Assembly: GCA_951406725.2 (NCBI GenBank)
Contig: OX597833.1
Coordinates: forward strand, 32,860,001 to 32,924,000
Direction of reading: 5' to 3'
Source of the DNA: Octopus vulgaris
Lineage: Eukaryota
Length of the DNA: 64,000 nucleotides
The notes below the pieces were generated by a model, which did no database searches, had not been told where the DNA came from, and was given only the letters and a program-made list of their open reading frames with translations. Made by a program: the position numbers and the translations under genes. Shown one piece after another: positions 10,191 through 24,532 of the stretch. How positions within the stretch are numbered: position 1 is the first letter of the stretch; each line of letters starts with the position of its first letter.

Positions 10191-10380
10191 TAGCCAAAAT
10201 AAAACTCTGAGTTTCGGATGCCGAGGTGGAAATCCACAATACTATATCTTCAGTTATCCGGCCATCTCTGAAGATGGATTACTGAAGAGATGGTGGTGTG
10301 GATTTCCACCTCGGCATCCGAAACTCAGAGTTTTATCTTGGCTACCGAATAATTGTCACACATTATATTTACAGATATAT
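10157..10380. mobile_element. Palindromic mini-element with a hammerhead-like motif in each arm
   Basis: Arms 10157-10237 / 10298-10380. + strand: CTGAAGA gatg..catcc GAAA ctc a gag TT ttatc; - strand has ggataa CTGAAGA..GAAACTCAGAGTT ttat. Confidence 0.65.
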
Positions 10381-10775
10381 ATATATACATACACGTCTAC
10401 ACAACAGTCTACTCTATCTGTGTATATATAAAATGTGTGAATTAGGAAATACACATAGGCACAATCAAACATGCACACACAAGAAGATAGCGGTACACAC
10501 ACAAATACACACACGCATACATACATGCACAGTGACGCACACACATGCTCACAAACAAAGAGAGCGCACCTCGGATAAACGACAGAGTCAAGGACTATTG
10601 AAGAGTTTGCCAAACTCAACGAAAATTTTAGAAAAATAAATAAGTATATGAGTGGAAATCGAACAATTGTGTGTGCTAAATAAGGCACTAAAAGAGAAAG
10701 ATTCTCACCAGACACAGTAAAATATGCTTCAACACACGAATTCACATAAAGAATCTTGCAAGCCAAATACAAAAA

Positions 10776-10820
<45 letters not shown>

Positions 10821-10822
<2 letters not shown>

Positions 10823-12579
10823 AGAAAAACCCACCTTTTATTAATTCAAAATGAATAATTAAATTACACCATCTAGAAAATTACATATAATAGATTTAAA
10901 TGATAAATAAATAATTATATTATTTTAAAATACATATTATAGTAATATAAATTATTTTCAAAATAATATATATGTATTTTATTTGATTACTTATTATTTA
11001 GACTTTAAATTTATAGTAAATATTAAAAAAAAATTAAATGATATTTTATGTACTTATATATTACATTTAACTTATCCTTAGTATTATTAAACCTTATCTT
11101 GTCTCATGTGGCTTATTCATTTTATCGTAGATATTATCTAATAGTATTAAAGTATTTTTTACTGTTTTATTATAAATCATATTAATTTTTTAAAAAAATA
11201 ATGATGAATAATATTTTTTGATGATGAGTTTGAGATGAGTTTTGGGCTTCATCTGTTAGAGTCTATAGGAAGGGTTGAATGGTAGGAGTCTGAGAATTTG
11301 ACGTTAGTTGGCAGTTTGTTGTAGATTGGATTTTGGTAGCGATGGTAATAATTTATAATGATATTAATAATGTTAATAATTATGTTGATTATTAGAATAT
11401 TAATGATAATAATATTTATAATCGCGTATGGCTTATTATAGGATCAGGGTAGTGATGATGAACAGGTAATACTGAATATACTATTTTTACTATTACTACT
11501 TTTATTAACTTTATTTAATTCCCGTATTTCATTAATTTTATTTTTTTAGCCTTTTTCATTAATAGTTATTTTCTATTTTTCCATGCAACGTCTCCACGAG
11601 TTTTATTTCTTATAGACGCTAAGTATTATTCTTTACGTTTAAAATCTCAAATTTTCTCAAATTTTTTTAGTTCATGAGGCTTTAAAGTTTTTCGTCTTTT
11701 CGTATTTTTCATTGATAAAAATTTCGCCACGTTCATTGAGTATTTATTCTATTTCTTTGCACTATGTATCCACGCGATAATTTTATAAACGCTTTAACTA
11801 TTTATTTTTTTAAATCAGTTTCTCTTCAATCTTCGCTAAACGAAGTCTGACTTTTTATCGTTTCTCTATTTCATTTGAATATTGAACCGTTGTGTTTGAA
11901 ATTATTATTATTGTTGATATTATTATTGTTTGATGTAATATTATTATTTATTTATACTTTCTTGATAGCATTTTTTACGTCCGATGTTTAATTCTTATAA
12001 AAGATTTTACGTTTTACATATTATTTAATTTGAGAATTAATAATGTTAGACTATATTTCTTTTAATTATTAGATAATATTTTCATTAAATAGTATTATTT
12101 TAAAATAAACTGGTTTTTATTTTAATATAAAGTTTATGTTTAACTTTTTTCTCGTGTGATATATTAAATCTATAGATATTATACATGGATATTAATATAA
12201 CGAGTTTATATAATGGAGTTGAGTATATTTGTACTATTTCAAATTTTTGATTGTATTTTTCAAGAATGGAATCGATTGAGTTGATTAATTAGACGCTTAT
12301 CATATTGATACATTTAAAATCTAGATAGATTAACAGAATCGTTGAACTTAGTAAATTAGTTCGTTTACCAATATTATTTAGTTCTTGCTATTATTTTGAC
12401 TTTGACCGTTGTTATTATTGGTATTGTTATTGACTAGTTTGGTAGAGAACTGGTGATTGTAATTGTACATCTTCATAGTGTATTGTTCTTTGGGTCTAAT
12501 ATTTTTGCACCTTTCGTTAATTTGGGGTTGATAGGTTTTCTTACTTTCCATTAACATATTCTCGCCATATATAATATAT

Positions 12580-12632
<53 letters not shown>

Positions 12633-13216
12633 TGGCTTATGTATTTGTAATACTAAATTTAAGTTAATTAGGTATTATATTATTTGATACTTAGTCAACT
12701 TTGTTATAGATTGTTATATTAAATCTATAGATACTACACATGTATATATGGTTAGCTTATTTAAGGGGTTTGTCTATATGGGAAACATTTCTTATTTTGA
12801 TTAAAATTTAATGACTTGTACTAGCGTTGTGTATTTTATTTAATTTTAAAGTATTTAATTATTTAAGTATTATTTTATTTTTCACTTATGTATGTTTAGG
12901 ATTTTAATATACATATATATATATATATATATTTGTTAATTAATTATTTTATTGTTCTATATTATTTTTAACCTGATGAGCGACTATATTTATATCGAAG
13001 TGATTTCTCTACTACTATAATCAGTTCTAGAATATAGCAGGAAACACGTGTCGTTTTTCTACCTATTATATACATTTTTATTATCATTTTTTGCAATTTA
13101 CTTAATCTTTATATTTTACTGTTATTTTAATTTTAAATTTTCTATTAAATGTAATTTTCTAGATGGTGTAATTTAATTATTCATTTTGAATTGATAAAAG
13201 GTGTTTTTTTTTCTAA
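10821..13216. mobile_element. Degenerate Penelope-like element with inverted terminal repeats
   Basis: ~65-bp inverted termini (10821-10886 / 13150-13216), (TA)n flank, AT-rich decayed interior, hammerhead core at 12970-13055. Confidence 0.55.
12970..13055 (+). ncRNA. Minimal type I hammerhead ribozyme-like motif
   Basis: aac-CTGATGA-(ctatatt..aatatag stem II)-GAAAC acgt GTC-gtt; palindromic stem III as in PLE hammerheads. Confidence 0.6.
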
Positions 13217-13249
13217 TTGTTCATATATCTAGGCGCATATATCTATCTA

Positions 13250-13424
13250 GGCGCAGGAGTGGCTGTGTGGTAAGTAGCTTGCTAACCAACCACATGGTTG
13301 CGGGTTCATTCCCACTGCGTGGCATCTTGGGCAAGTGTCTTCTGCTATAGCCCCGGGCCGACCAATGCCTTGTGAGTGGATTTGGTAGACGGAAACTGAA
13401 AGAAGCCTGTCGTATATATGTATG

Positions 13425-13455
<31 letters not shown>

Positions 13456-13665
13456 TTGTGTGTCTGTGTTTGTCCCCCTAGCATTGCTTGACAACCGATG
13501 CTGGTGTGTCTACGTCCCCGCCACTTAGCGGTTCGGCAAAAGAGACCGATAGAATAAGTACTGGGCTTACAAAGAATAAGTTCCGGGGTCGATTTGATCG
13601 ACTAAAGGCGGTGCTCCAGCATGGCCGCAGTCAAATGACTGAAACAAGTAAAAGAGAGTAAAGAG
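13250..13665 (+). mobile_element. tRNA-derived SINE, family A
   Basis: A-box/B-box-like head (gtggctgtgtggtaag..gggttcattccc), internal (TA)/(TG) run, conserved tail ..gactgaaacaagtaaaagag; many copies in the window. Confidence 0.85.
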
Positions 13666-13799
13666 TATATATATTGTATAGTGTGAAATTTGATTTAGTA
13701 TTTCTAAATTGAATTTTTTTCCTTGTAAGTTTGGATTTTATTTCCTCAAATATTCATTAATATATATATATATATTTATATATGTATGTATGTATGTAA

Positions 13800-13861
<62 letters not shown>

Positions 13862-14182
13862 TCCTATCTGATACTCTTATTATCCTGCTTATTCTGGGTA
13901 TGCTAACAATATTGAATACACATAGGCACACGCGCGGGCACAGACACACACACTCTGTCTTTCACTCTCACACAGAAGCATCTGTACACTCATGCGCGCA
14001 GGTACACACAGAGATGAGCGTACACAAAAAAGCAGCTGAAATAACACCGAGAACACCGCGAAATCAAAAATACTGTTTGAAACATTATATACGCTAAAAT
14101 ACTATGATATATACAAATATGCATAGATACATATATGCACAGAAAGATACATAGATGTATACAGAAACTCGCTCTGAAGCAC

Positions 14183-14413
<231 letters not shown>

Positions 14414-14416
14414 AAT

Positions 14417-14830
14417 ACTCTTTACTCTTTTACTTGTTTTAGTCATTTGATTGTGGCCATGCTGGAGCACATCCTTTAGTCGAGCAAATAAACCCCAGGA
14501 TTCATCTTCATAAGCCTAGTACTTATTCTATCGGCCTCTTTTGCCGAACCGTTAAGTTACGAAGACGTAAACGCACCAGCATCGGTTGTCAAGCGATGTT
14601 GGGAGGACAAATATAAACACACAAACATACAAACACGTACATATATATATATATATATACATATATATGATGGGCTTCTTTCAGTTTCCGTCTACCAAGT
14701 CCACTCACAAGATTTTGGTCGGCCCGAGGCTATAGTAGAAGACACTTGCCCAAGGTGCCACGCAGTGGGAATGAACCCGGAACCATGTGGTTGGCGAGCA
14801 AGTTATTTACCACACAGCCACTCCTACGCC
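14417..14830 (-). mobile_element. SINE family A
   Basis: Reverse-complement homolog of 13250-13665. Confidence 0.85.
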
Positions 14831-15575
<745 letters not shown>

Positions 15576-15577
15576 AC

Positions 15578-16634
15578 GGGAAGCTTTATGAAAATAGACA
15601 AAAGACGAAGGCAGGTGGGAAACAAACAAACAATTGTATTAGTATGGCGCTCAGGAAATATAAATAAAACAAGTCTTTAACGTTTCGAGCCTACGCTCTT
15701 CAACAGAAAGATACACAGAGAGAAAAAAACACAGAAAGAAGGAGAGAAAAAAAATGCGTGCAGTAACTAACGAATCAACATGGCGATCTGATTTCGGCCA
15801 GAGGTCAAGATCAAACATGAGACGCGAGAGCGAAATAAGGGGAGATAATAGGGTTGATAATAGGGTTGAATGACCAGCTATTAGTGTGTAGGAGAGGTCT
15901 GGACGTGTGTATGTATAGGGTTGGTGTATGTATTAGTATGTATTACTATGTATAAGGGTGTGTGTGTGTGTGTGTGTGTATGAGAGAGTATTAGTGCGTA
16001 TGATAGGTCTGGACGTGCGTATGTATGGGGTTGGTGTATGTATTAGTATGTATTAGTATGTATTAGTACGTATTAGTATGTATAAGTGTGTGTGTGTGTG
16101 TATGAGAGAGTATAAGTGCGTATGAGAGGTCTGGACGTGTGTATGTATAGGGTTGGTGTATGTATTAGTATGTATTAGTATGTATTAGTACGTATTAGTA
16201 TGTATTAGTTGGTGTATGTATTAGTATGGCACATCATATATGATGTGATGTGTAAAGTCGTGTGGTGTAGTGTGGAGAGAGGAGAAGAGGGGGAGAGGGG
16301 GAAGAGGAGAGGAGGGGGTGAGGGGGAAGAGGAGAGGAGGGTGAGAGGGGGGAGAGAGGAGGGGGAGGAAGGAGGAAAGAGGGAGAGGGGGAGAGAGAAG
16401 GGGAGTGAGGGAGCAGAGGGAAGGGGAAGAGGGAAGGAGGGAGGGAGAAAGAGGGAAGAAGGGAAGGGGAGTAGGGGTGAAAGGATGAAGGACTGAAGAA
16501 GTAGGGGTCGGGGGGAAGGATAGGTGAGGAGGGGAGAGAGGGGGTTAGATGAGGAGGGGGGGAGAGTTGAGGGGGGAAGGATAGGTGAGGAGGGGGAGAG
16601 GAGGGTTAGATGAGGAGGGGGGAGAGAGATATAC

Positions 16635-16702
<68 letters not shown>

Positions 16703-16870
16703 TCAATTTACAAAAACAAAACAAAACAAAATACAAAGACTGGTGTGTAAACAACAAACAGATGCATTAGTTTAACGCTCGGGAAGTGAGAAAGTATTTT
16801 ACGTTTCGAGCCTACGCTCTTCAACAGAAAGGAACACAGAAATAAACAGAGAGAAAATAAATAAAAAGGT
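15578..16870 (-). mobile_element. Pair of ~150-bp direct repeats, each with a hammerhead-like motif (PLE pseudo-LTR/retrozyme-like)
   Basis: 15578-15740 resembles 16700-16870; the minus strand of both reads cttt CTGTTGA agagc gtag gctc GAAACGT; third copy on + at 54850-54990. Confidence 0.55.
15880..16628. repeat. ~120-bp tandem repeat x3 plus a polypurine (G/A) tract
   Basis: aggtctggacgtg..gtatgtatta units at ~15895, 16005, 16127; G/A-rich 16275-16628. Confidence 0.85.
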
Positions 16871-17098
16871 TTAGTGGCCAGCGATCAATCATTGCGAAGG
16901 CCAGACAGAGGTCGTCAGACAGGAGAGCTCGGAAGAAGGGGAGATAATAAAGCAGTGGTGATCCCAAAATGAAGGTGCGCGTGCGTGTGTATGTGAAATC
17001 ATCTATGTGCGTGTGGATAGGTGAATTTGACTCGTGCGCATGTGCATATGTAGGTGTATGTATGATGGTTTGCATGCTAGGAAGTAATCATATATATA

Positions 17099-17183
<85 letters not shown>

Positions 17184-17204
17184 CATGATATTATATATAT
17201 ATAA

Positions 17205-17478
17205 TGGAGGCGCAATGGCCCAGTGGTTAGGGCAGCGGACTCGCGGTCGCAGGATCGCGGTTTCGATTCCCAGACCGGGCGTTGTGAGTGTTTATTGAGC
17301 GAAAACACCTAAAAGCTTCACGACGCCCCGGCAGGGGGTGGTGATCTTTCACCACTCTTTCTTCTGTTGGCCTGCTCGCTTAGCCAGCGGGGTTGCGTCA
17401 TTCGAAGGCTAAAACAATGCGAATGCATTGTGACCAGCGATGTGTAACAACATCTGATGGTCTGGTCGGTCACGTGAC
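17205..17478 (+). mobile_element. tRNA-derived SINE, family B
   Basis: tggcccagtgg A-box and ggtttcgattcc B-box; homolog on minus at 60305-60588. Confidence 0.8.
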
Positions 17479-17498
17479 GTGATATATATATAATATAT

Positions 17499-17571
<73 letters not shown>

Positions 17572-19399
17572 ATGTATAACTATAGTCCATGCATCCTACA
17601 CATAAGAAATGTTTTTGTTTTTTGAGATTCATTCTGCATCTTTCTCTTGTAATTGTGAGACAGAAAATTATAAAATAAAAATTTGAATAAAATCAAAATG
17701 TTTATAAAATATTTTGCTTCGAATTATCTTTTTATGTATGCATATATACATCAATCCACCCATCGACGCTTTCATCTATCAATCTTTCTATCAATTCATC
17801 CATGAACTCATATAAATGTGTGTGCATGCGTGTACGTTTAACATACAAATGTACAAATACACACGCATATGTTTCAGCATTTGTATATGTGTAACTGGGA
17901 ATCGACTTGTGGTCAAATATGACCACCTCTTGGTTTTTACCATGGAAGCCATCATGGATTGAATGGGAGTAGACATATATACATGCCCGCATGCATACAT
18001 ACATATATACATATAAACATACAAATACAATGACTTTGAGCGCATTTTTCAGTATATCCATGATAAACAACAGAAAAATATTACAAGTTCTACTAAATCT
18101 AGAAGACATCACCACTTCCTCACTAAATATGAACAACATTCAGTCAAGAACCCCAGAGTCGTTCCAAATACCCTTCTACCACTGAGGATCTCCCCTGGCG
18201 GAAGCACATCCTTAGCATAGCTAAAACAGCATTCCAAAATTGGCGCTTCGATTGAGGGTCAAAAATTATTTCAATCCTCAACGGCTGACACTCTAAAGGG
18301 CTGCTCTCAATGTGGCACGGTGCTGCTGCTACGAATAAAGACATCTTGGAGCGCATCAAGGGAATGACCATGAAATTAAGTGGAATTTAATACCTAACCG
18401 ACTTGGCTCGGCCTCTGGCCCACTGATATGCTGTGTTCTATCCATGTCTTTAATATCTAGTAACCATAGTCTTTGTATATCTTCCAGACATATGAGACTG
18501 ATACAGTGGATACTCATCAAGATACAGAAATGTTCAAAGATAGTATATCTTTTAATGGTCCAGGAGTGTAGATTAGTGACATTCTAGCAAGATTGTTAGT
18601 TTCTATCTTAGCTAACTTCAATTATTAGTACCTATGATTTATAGACTTAATCAATAATATGTAAAATAACAGGCTATACCATGGTTACTTGCTATATTTT
18701 ACATCCATACTGGGAAACAACTGCAATGTTCCAACAGTTGAATCACTGACAGTAAGAAAGAAATGGGAGTGTTTGTAATTTGGTACAGTAACAAATACCC
18801 TAAGGGACTTCGTTCAAGAACATCTTTTCGGTATTGTCACCGATGTTTGCCGTTAAACTTCAGCGAGAGAAACACATACATATACACAGAAACGTGCACT
18901 CATGTACAGGCACACACATATACACACACACACTGACACACGCACAGAGATAAACAAACATGCATGCACATACATACATACAGACAGACACATGTAAGTA
19001 AGTAGTTAGATAGATAGATTTACAATTGGTGAAGTTATTAGAGTATCGGGCGAAATAACTTGCACTCTCCCCGTATCTTACGTTGGTGGTAATCATACTC
19101 TGTCATCGAGTTGAGCTCCATCACTTGGTTCTTGGGTATTTGGGTATCTTTGACAGAATCTAGCCTGTTGCAAGCATTTGGACCACTGAAAATACCTTCC
19201 TTCCCACTTTCCACTAGTTTCGCAGGTCCTTCAAACCGTTATATGTGCTAACTATATCTCGTTACTTGGAAAGAAATTCATGTGCGCGTGTATGTATGTA
19301 TATATATATATATACATACATAATACATACATAATACATACATACATAATACGTACATACATACATTCATACATACATACATACATGCATAGTGATAAA

Positions 19400-20715
19400 G
19401 CATTCCACTGATGCCATAGAGACACAAGTGTGGGTATTCCTACCGACGTACTGTAGTAAGCGAGTTGTTAGAGTGAGGGTGAGAAAAGTGCGACCGGAGT
19501 TGAATGAAACATGGCTGGTTGCCGCAGTCATGTACAATATGGAGAAGGATGCGAAAATCCTGAGAGTAACAAGAACGAAAAGAATGAAGTGGTGGGGACA
19601 CGGAATCGATATTGCAGTACATGTAAGTGTGAGTAACATGAATAAAATTCCAGAAGAAATCATTCTACCCGAAGATATGAGATTGAGAGTGGTACTGGAT
19701 GGAAGGCATCCCATATGCTACCTGTGTGGCGAGAAAGGCCACATGAAGTCGAGATGCCCCCAAAGAGAAGAGAAGAAACAACAGATGGAACAGTCTAAGG
19801 AGCAGGAGAGGGTGAACGATGTGGTGCAGGAAGATGAGAAGGAGGCAACAGGAATAGAAGAGGAATTTGAAGTGGTCAAAAAACGAAAGGGGAAAGAAAG
19901 AATGGGCTCTCCGCTGGAGAGACAGAAAAAGATAAAAAGGAAGCAGATAAAGAGGTGGAGAAGGAAGTCGTAAAGGATGTTCGAAAGGAGGTCGAGAAAG
20001 AGGTACAAAAAGAGGTTGAGAGGAGGTTATGGAGGAGGAGGGGGAGATAGAAGCAAGCATACGAAAGAATGTTTCAGGACAGCAACGAGAAGAAACAGCG
20101 ATACTAACCAGGATCGAGGCGGTAGCGCCAAGATTGGAATATAGAAAACAAGCAAGAATGGCGAGAAAACATAGCTGGAATTTCGTGACATATGCTAAAA
20201 GCATAAATACCTAAAAAAAAAAAAACAAGCTTAAATCCGTTATAAGGGTTAAGTTGCCAAAGGAGATGTACGGTGAAAATGTAAAAGCTATTTTAATTGA
20301 TAAAGAAAAATATAACAAGTTGAAGGAAAAGTGTCAAATTTAACAACCGGGATTTGTGGTGGAGTTCGACAAATTACCGCCAGTAGTAAAATTAAGTGAA
20401 CTAGAGCCGCACATAAGATATTAATAAAAAAAAGAGTAAAATTGTTTGCGAAAAAAGGAAAAAAGAGAGTAAACAAAATGATGCTAATTGTGAAAAACAT
20501 ATCTGGGAAAAAGAAAAAGATTATAAACTGAAAGTAAGAACGTTCAAATGGTACTATATGTGAGTGGGGTGCATGCAGCCATTTCATCACCATCGATTTC
20601 ATTATTCGTTTTTTGTTCATTTTTCATTAGTTTTATACTTTTTGTTCCCACTGTGGTGTTCTGCCTGTCCTTGTTTTGTCTCTCTGTGTTCATGGCCTTG
20701 GTGCCAAATAAAGAA
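19400..20715 (+). mobile_element. 5'-truncated ORF1-only retroelement (divergent lineage)
   Basis: VRVRVRKVRPELNETWLVAAV, GRHPICYLCGEKGHMKSRCP, K/E linker, decayed C-terminal domain, then 3'UTR hairpins and AATAAA; no ORF2. Confidence 0.75.
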
Positions 20716-20985
20716 AAGCAGTCAGCGAGATACGCTGTTCAGGCCAGTCACGCAGACGACGAAGTTACATCGTCATAATGTAGGACATATCAATGGCAAC
20801 GAGGAATCGGAGCTCACGCAGTGGGAAAATGTTTAAAATCCCGAGGTGGGATTTGAACTTCACACAGTGAAAAGTAATATACACACAGAGCATATATATA
20901 TATAAATGTAAAGATTCCAAAGAAAAAAATGTCAGATAAAACTGGAACTCTAACACAGAATTGAACTTCACACAATGAATATGTA

Positions 20986-22275
20986 CAGGGAGGGGAAGCA
21001 AAATTTACAATATTTTGAGGCAGGGATTGAAAGACAGTGTATGACCAATTAGTTTATTGAAAGTCATGAGAATTTATTTGCCAAAAGAAAATTTACATAA
21101 TAGAAAATGTTTTTATTCTATGTGTCCTCCTTCTTTCTCAATAACTGCCTTCATACACTTCCTGAAACTTGCACAAGTGTTCCTCGGATATTCGGGAGAC
21201 AACTTCCCCCATTCTTCTTTAATAGCATCGTTAAAAGAGTCGACATTGCTGTGTGATGTTCTATTGGTAGCATGTTCTAAAACGCCCCAAATAGCATAAT
21301 CCAGAGGGTTTAGATCTGGGCTAGAAGGCGGTCATAAACATGATTCCAAAAAATTGCTAAAGTTGGATTTGCAGAAATCTGGTATTTTTCTAGCTGTGTT
21401 GGCTGGAGCACCATCCTGTGTCCATACATAATTACCATCTGGGTAGTTTGCTTTAAGCCATGGCAATACCTGGTATCTCAGAGTCTTGTAGTAAGTATTA
21501 ACATTGATCTTTTCATCAGCTTTGTAGAATTTTATAGGCATTTTCTTTCCATCGGAAACCACAACACCAAAAGCCATAACTTGAGCAGGATGTTTTGTTT
21601 TAAATGTTCTCTTAACTTCAGCTGTTGATTTTGCGATAAATCTGTCATTTCTGCGGTTCAGAACAGCATCAACAGTGAAGATCTTTTCATCTGAAAAGAT
21701 CGTTACAATGGAGGACTTTTTCTTGAACCATGTAATAATTTTCTTGCACCTTTCCAATCTCTTTTCCTTCATAGCTGTTGTCAACAAGTGTTTTGGTGTT
21801 CTTGTGTAAGATTTTAACCTCAAATCATATTTTACTGCATTTCTAATGGTCTTGTTGTCTACCTGAAGTTCAATTGCCATTTTTCTCATGGATTTGGTTG
21901 GAGCCTTTAGGATTTTGGATTTGAGAGCTGTAATAAAAGCTTTGGTACGTTTTTTTGTTGATTCCTCCACTTCCAGACTTCATCGTAATAGTTTTGCTCT
22001 TAGTCATTCTATTCTTTACATTATAAACAGTCTTTATGGGCACTCCAACTATTCTTGAAATCTCCTTTGGTATGACGAGTGCATTCAGCAAATTACACAC
22101 TCTTTGACAATTGCTTTTCTGATTACTCATATGGGCAAAAGCTTCTGAAAAGGTAAGGATAATAGTGTTAGGTATGATTATGACATCAATATATGCTAGG
22201 TTTCAAAACAATTGACTTAGTGCCTGCTGAGAAAAACAACTTAACTTTCATTGTAAATTTTGCTTCCCCACCCTG
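20986..22275 (-). mobile_element. Tc1/mariner DD37D (maT-type) transposon with disrupted transposase
   Basis: TIRs cagggaggggaagcaaaatttacaat / attgtaaattttgcttccccaccctg with TA on both sides; FSDEK, QDGAP, and 37 residues to the D of SPDLNPLD; frameshift ~21960, stop 21332. Confidence 0.92.
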
Positions 22276-22591
22276 TATAAAAAAAGATTCTTAAGAAAAA
22301 ATGTCTGATAAAATTAGAACACTAACACAGAACTGAACTACACACAGTGAAAAGTGATATACAAAGTGAAACATATATAAAAAAAAGATTCTGAAGCAAA
22401 AAAATTTCTGATAAGACAGGTACTACCTGTGAGGCACTTTGAAAAAATACATGGTCCTGTGTAGAACAAAAAAAAATAATAATAAGTCCGTGCGAAGGAT
22501 TTAATCGGGTCGCGAAGCTCTATCGGTAAACAATGTAGACTGGTACTACCCACGGCATTTTGAAATAAGAAATATGGTTCTATGTGAAACA

Positions 22592-22729
<138 letters not shown>

Positions 22730-22902
22730 ATGTCTGCGTATGATTTAAGTCAGGTCGCTATATGTTAATAGCGCTACTGGTAAACAATGTAGACTGGTAG
22801 TACCTGCGGCATTTTGAAAAAATATATAATTCTGTGTGGAGCAAGAAAAAATCTAAATAAGAAAAGAAAAATAATTCTGGTTAGAAGAAAAAGAAATGAA
22901 AA

Positions 22903-22940
<38 letters not shown>

Positions 22941-23060
22941 TACTAATATAAGATGAAGTTTTTTTACAACGAGTAAATAATATGTGGAAACTGACGATGT
23001 AAAAGTCTGTTATCAGCTTATTGGCATAGAAATAATTTTCTTTGGCCCTTATTTATAAGT

Positions 23061-23099
<39 letters not shown>

Positions 23100-23264
23100 T
23101 TGTGATGAAAGAAGTGAAAAAATCTCAAAGGAGAGGTGTTGTAGAAGTCGCCCCTAGGTGGGAAGTGGGCTGGTTCAATTGTAATAAATACTGGACAGAC
23201 TCAGTAACTAGTGTCAGTCAGCGAGGTACGCTGTTCGGGTCAGTCACGCAGACGACGAAGTCAT

Positions 23265-23605
23265 GATTCACTGCGTGGTACCTTGGGGAAAATGTCTTCT
23301 ACTATAGCCTCGAGTTTAGTAGACGGAAACTGAAAGTAGCCCGTCGTATATATATCTCTCCCTCTCTCTCTCTCTTTCTCTCTCTCTCTCTGTATATATA
23401 TATATGTATGTGTGTCTGTGTTTGTGACCCCAGCATCGCTTGACAACCGATGCTGGTGTGTTTACGTCCCCGTAACTTAGCTGTTCGGCAAAAGAAACCG
23501 ACAGTATAAGTACTAGGCTTACAAAGAATAAGTCCTGGGGTCGATTTGCTTGACTAAAGCATGGCCGCAGTCAAATGACTGAAATAACTACAAGAATAAA
23601 AGAAT
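23265..23605 (+). mobile_element. SINE family A, 5'-truncated
   Basis: Homology to 13250-13665. Confidence 0.8.
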
Positions 23606-23609
23606 ATCA

Positions 23610-24237
23610 ATTTTATTTGTATCACAATGGAAAAGAAATGCAAAGTCAACGTGGTACAAATAAGAATAAGCATAGAAGAAACCGGATCAACAAAACAACC
23701 CAAAAAATTAGATTGAGAAATGTAAAGAAAGAAGGGATGAAAAGTTTATTTATATTATACTGCGATAATGTTTTTGTTAGAAGTAATACAAAATATAAAC
23801 AAACTTTTCATCCCTTCTTTCTTTACATTTCTCAATCTAATTCTTTGTATGTTTAACCTCTCATGATAAGTTACATTTGTCTTTATCCCATTTCCTCCCA
23901 TAAACAATTATAAATATATTTTTCAAGTGCATTGTGATGTTTTAGCAACATTTTAACGATCAATATTAGATATATTTCAACGATCAATATCTAATCACAT
24001 GAACCCCACGTCCTAATAAGTTGTTGTTTACATTTGAGAACTACAAAATACAGTCCTCAAATTAGTTATTTCGTGATTCAAGACCAGAAAATATACTTAC
24101 TTTTCCCTGAAGATACTCGATAATATATGGTTTTTCACATCTATAATCATTGTTTTGTTGATCAGGTTTTTTTATGCTTATTCTTATATGTATCACTTCT
24201 ACTTTGCATTATTTTTCCATTGTGATACAAATAAAAT
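23610..24237. repeat. Nested inverted repeats (MITE- or PLE-like)
   Basis: Outer arms 23610-23698 / 24150-24237; inner arms 23707-23757 / 23792-23842. Confidence 0.75.
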
Positions 24238-24473
24238 GAACCAAGTATCTATTATATTTTTCTTCTCCATTTTCTTTTATTAACTTTATAATTTATTAAA
24301 ACTCTGTCTCAGTTTTTCTCATTTTTACCAGGTGAGTGGACTGGAGCAACATGAAATGAAGTTTTGCTCAACACAACGCATCAGCCGGTCCAGGAACCGA
24401 AATCACTATCTTACGATCATGAATCCAACGCTCTACACACTAAACCATGCGCCTCTACACACGCACACACACA

Positions 24474-24532
<59 letters not shown>

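Noticed and set aside
17205-17280. tRNA gene
   Set aside because: tRNA-like head continues into a SINE body repeated at 60305-60588; the same applies to family A heads.
18010-18460. Coding-looking segment (also 24660-25110 and 58240-59500)
   Set aside because: No recognisable motif or consistent splice frame; probably decayed elements, and would need TBLASTX.
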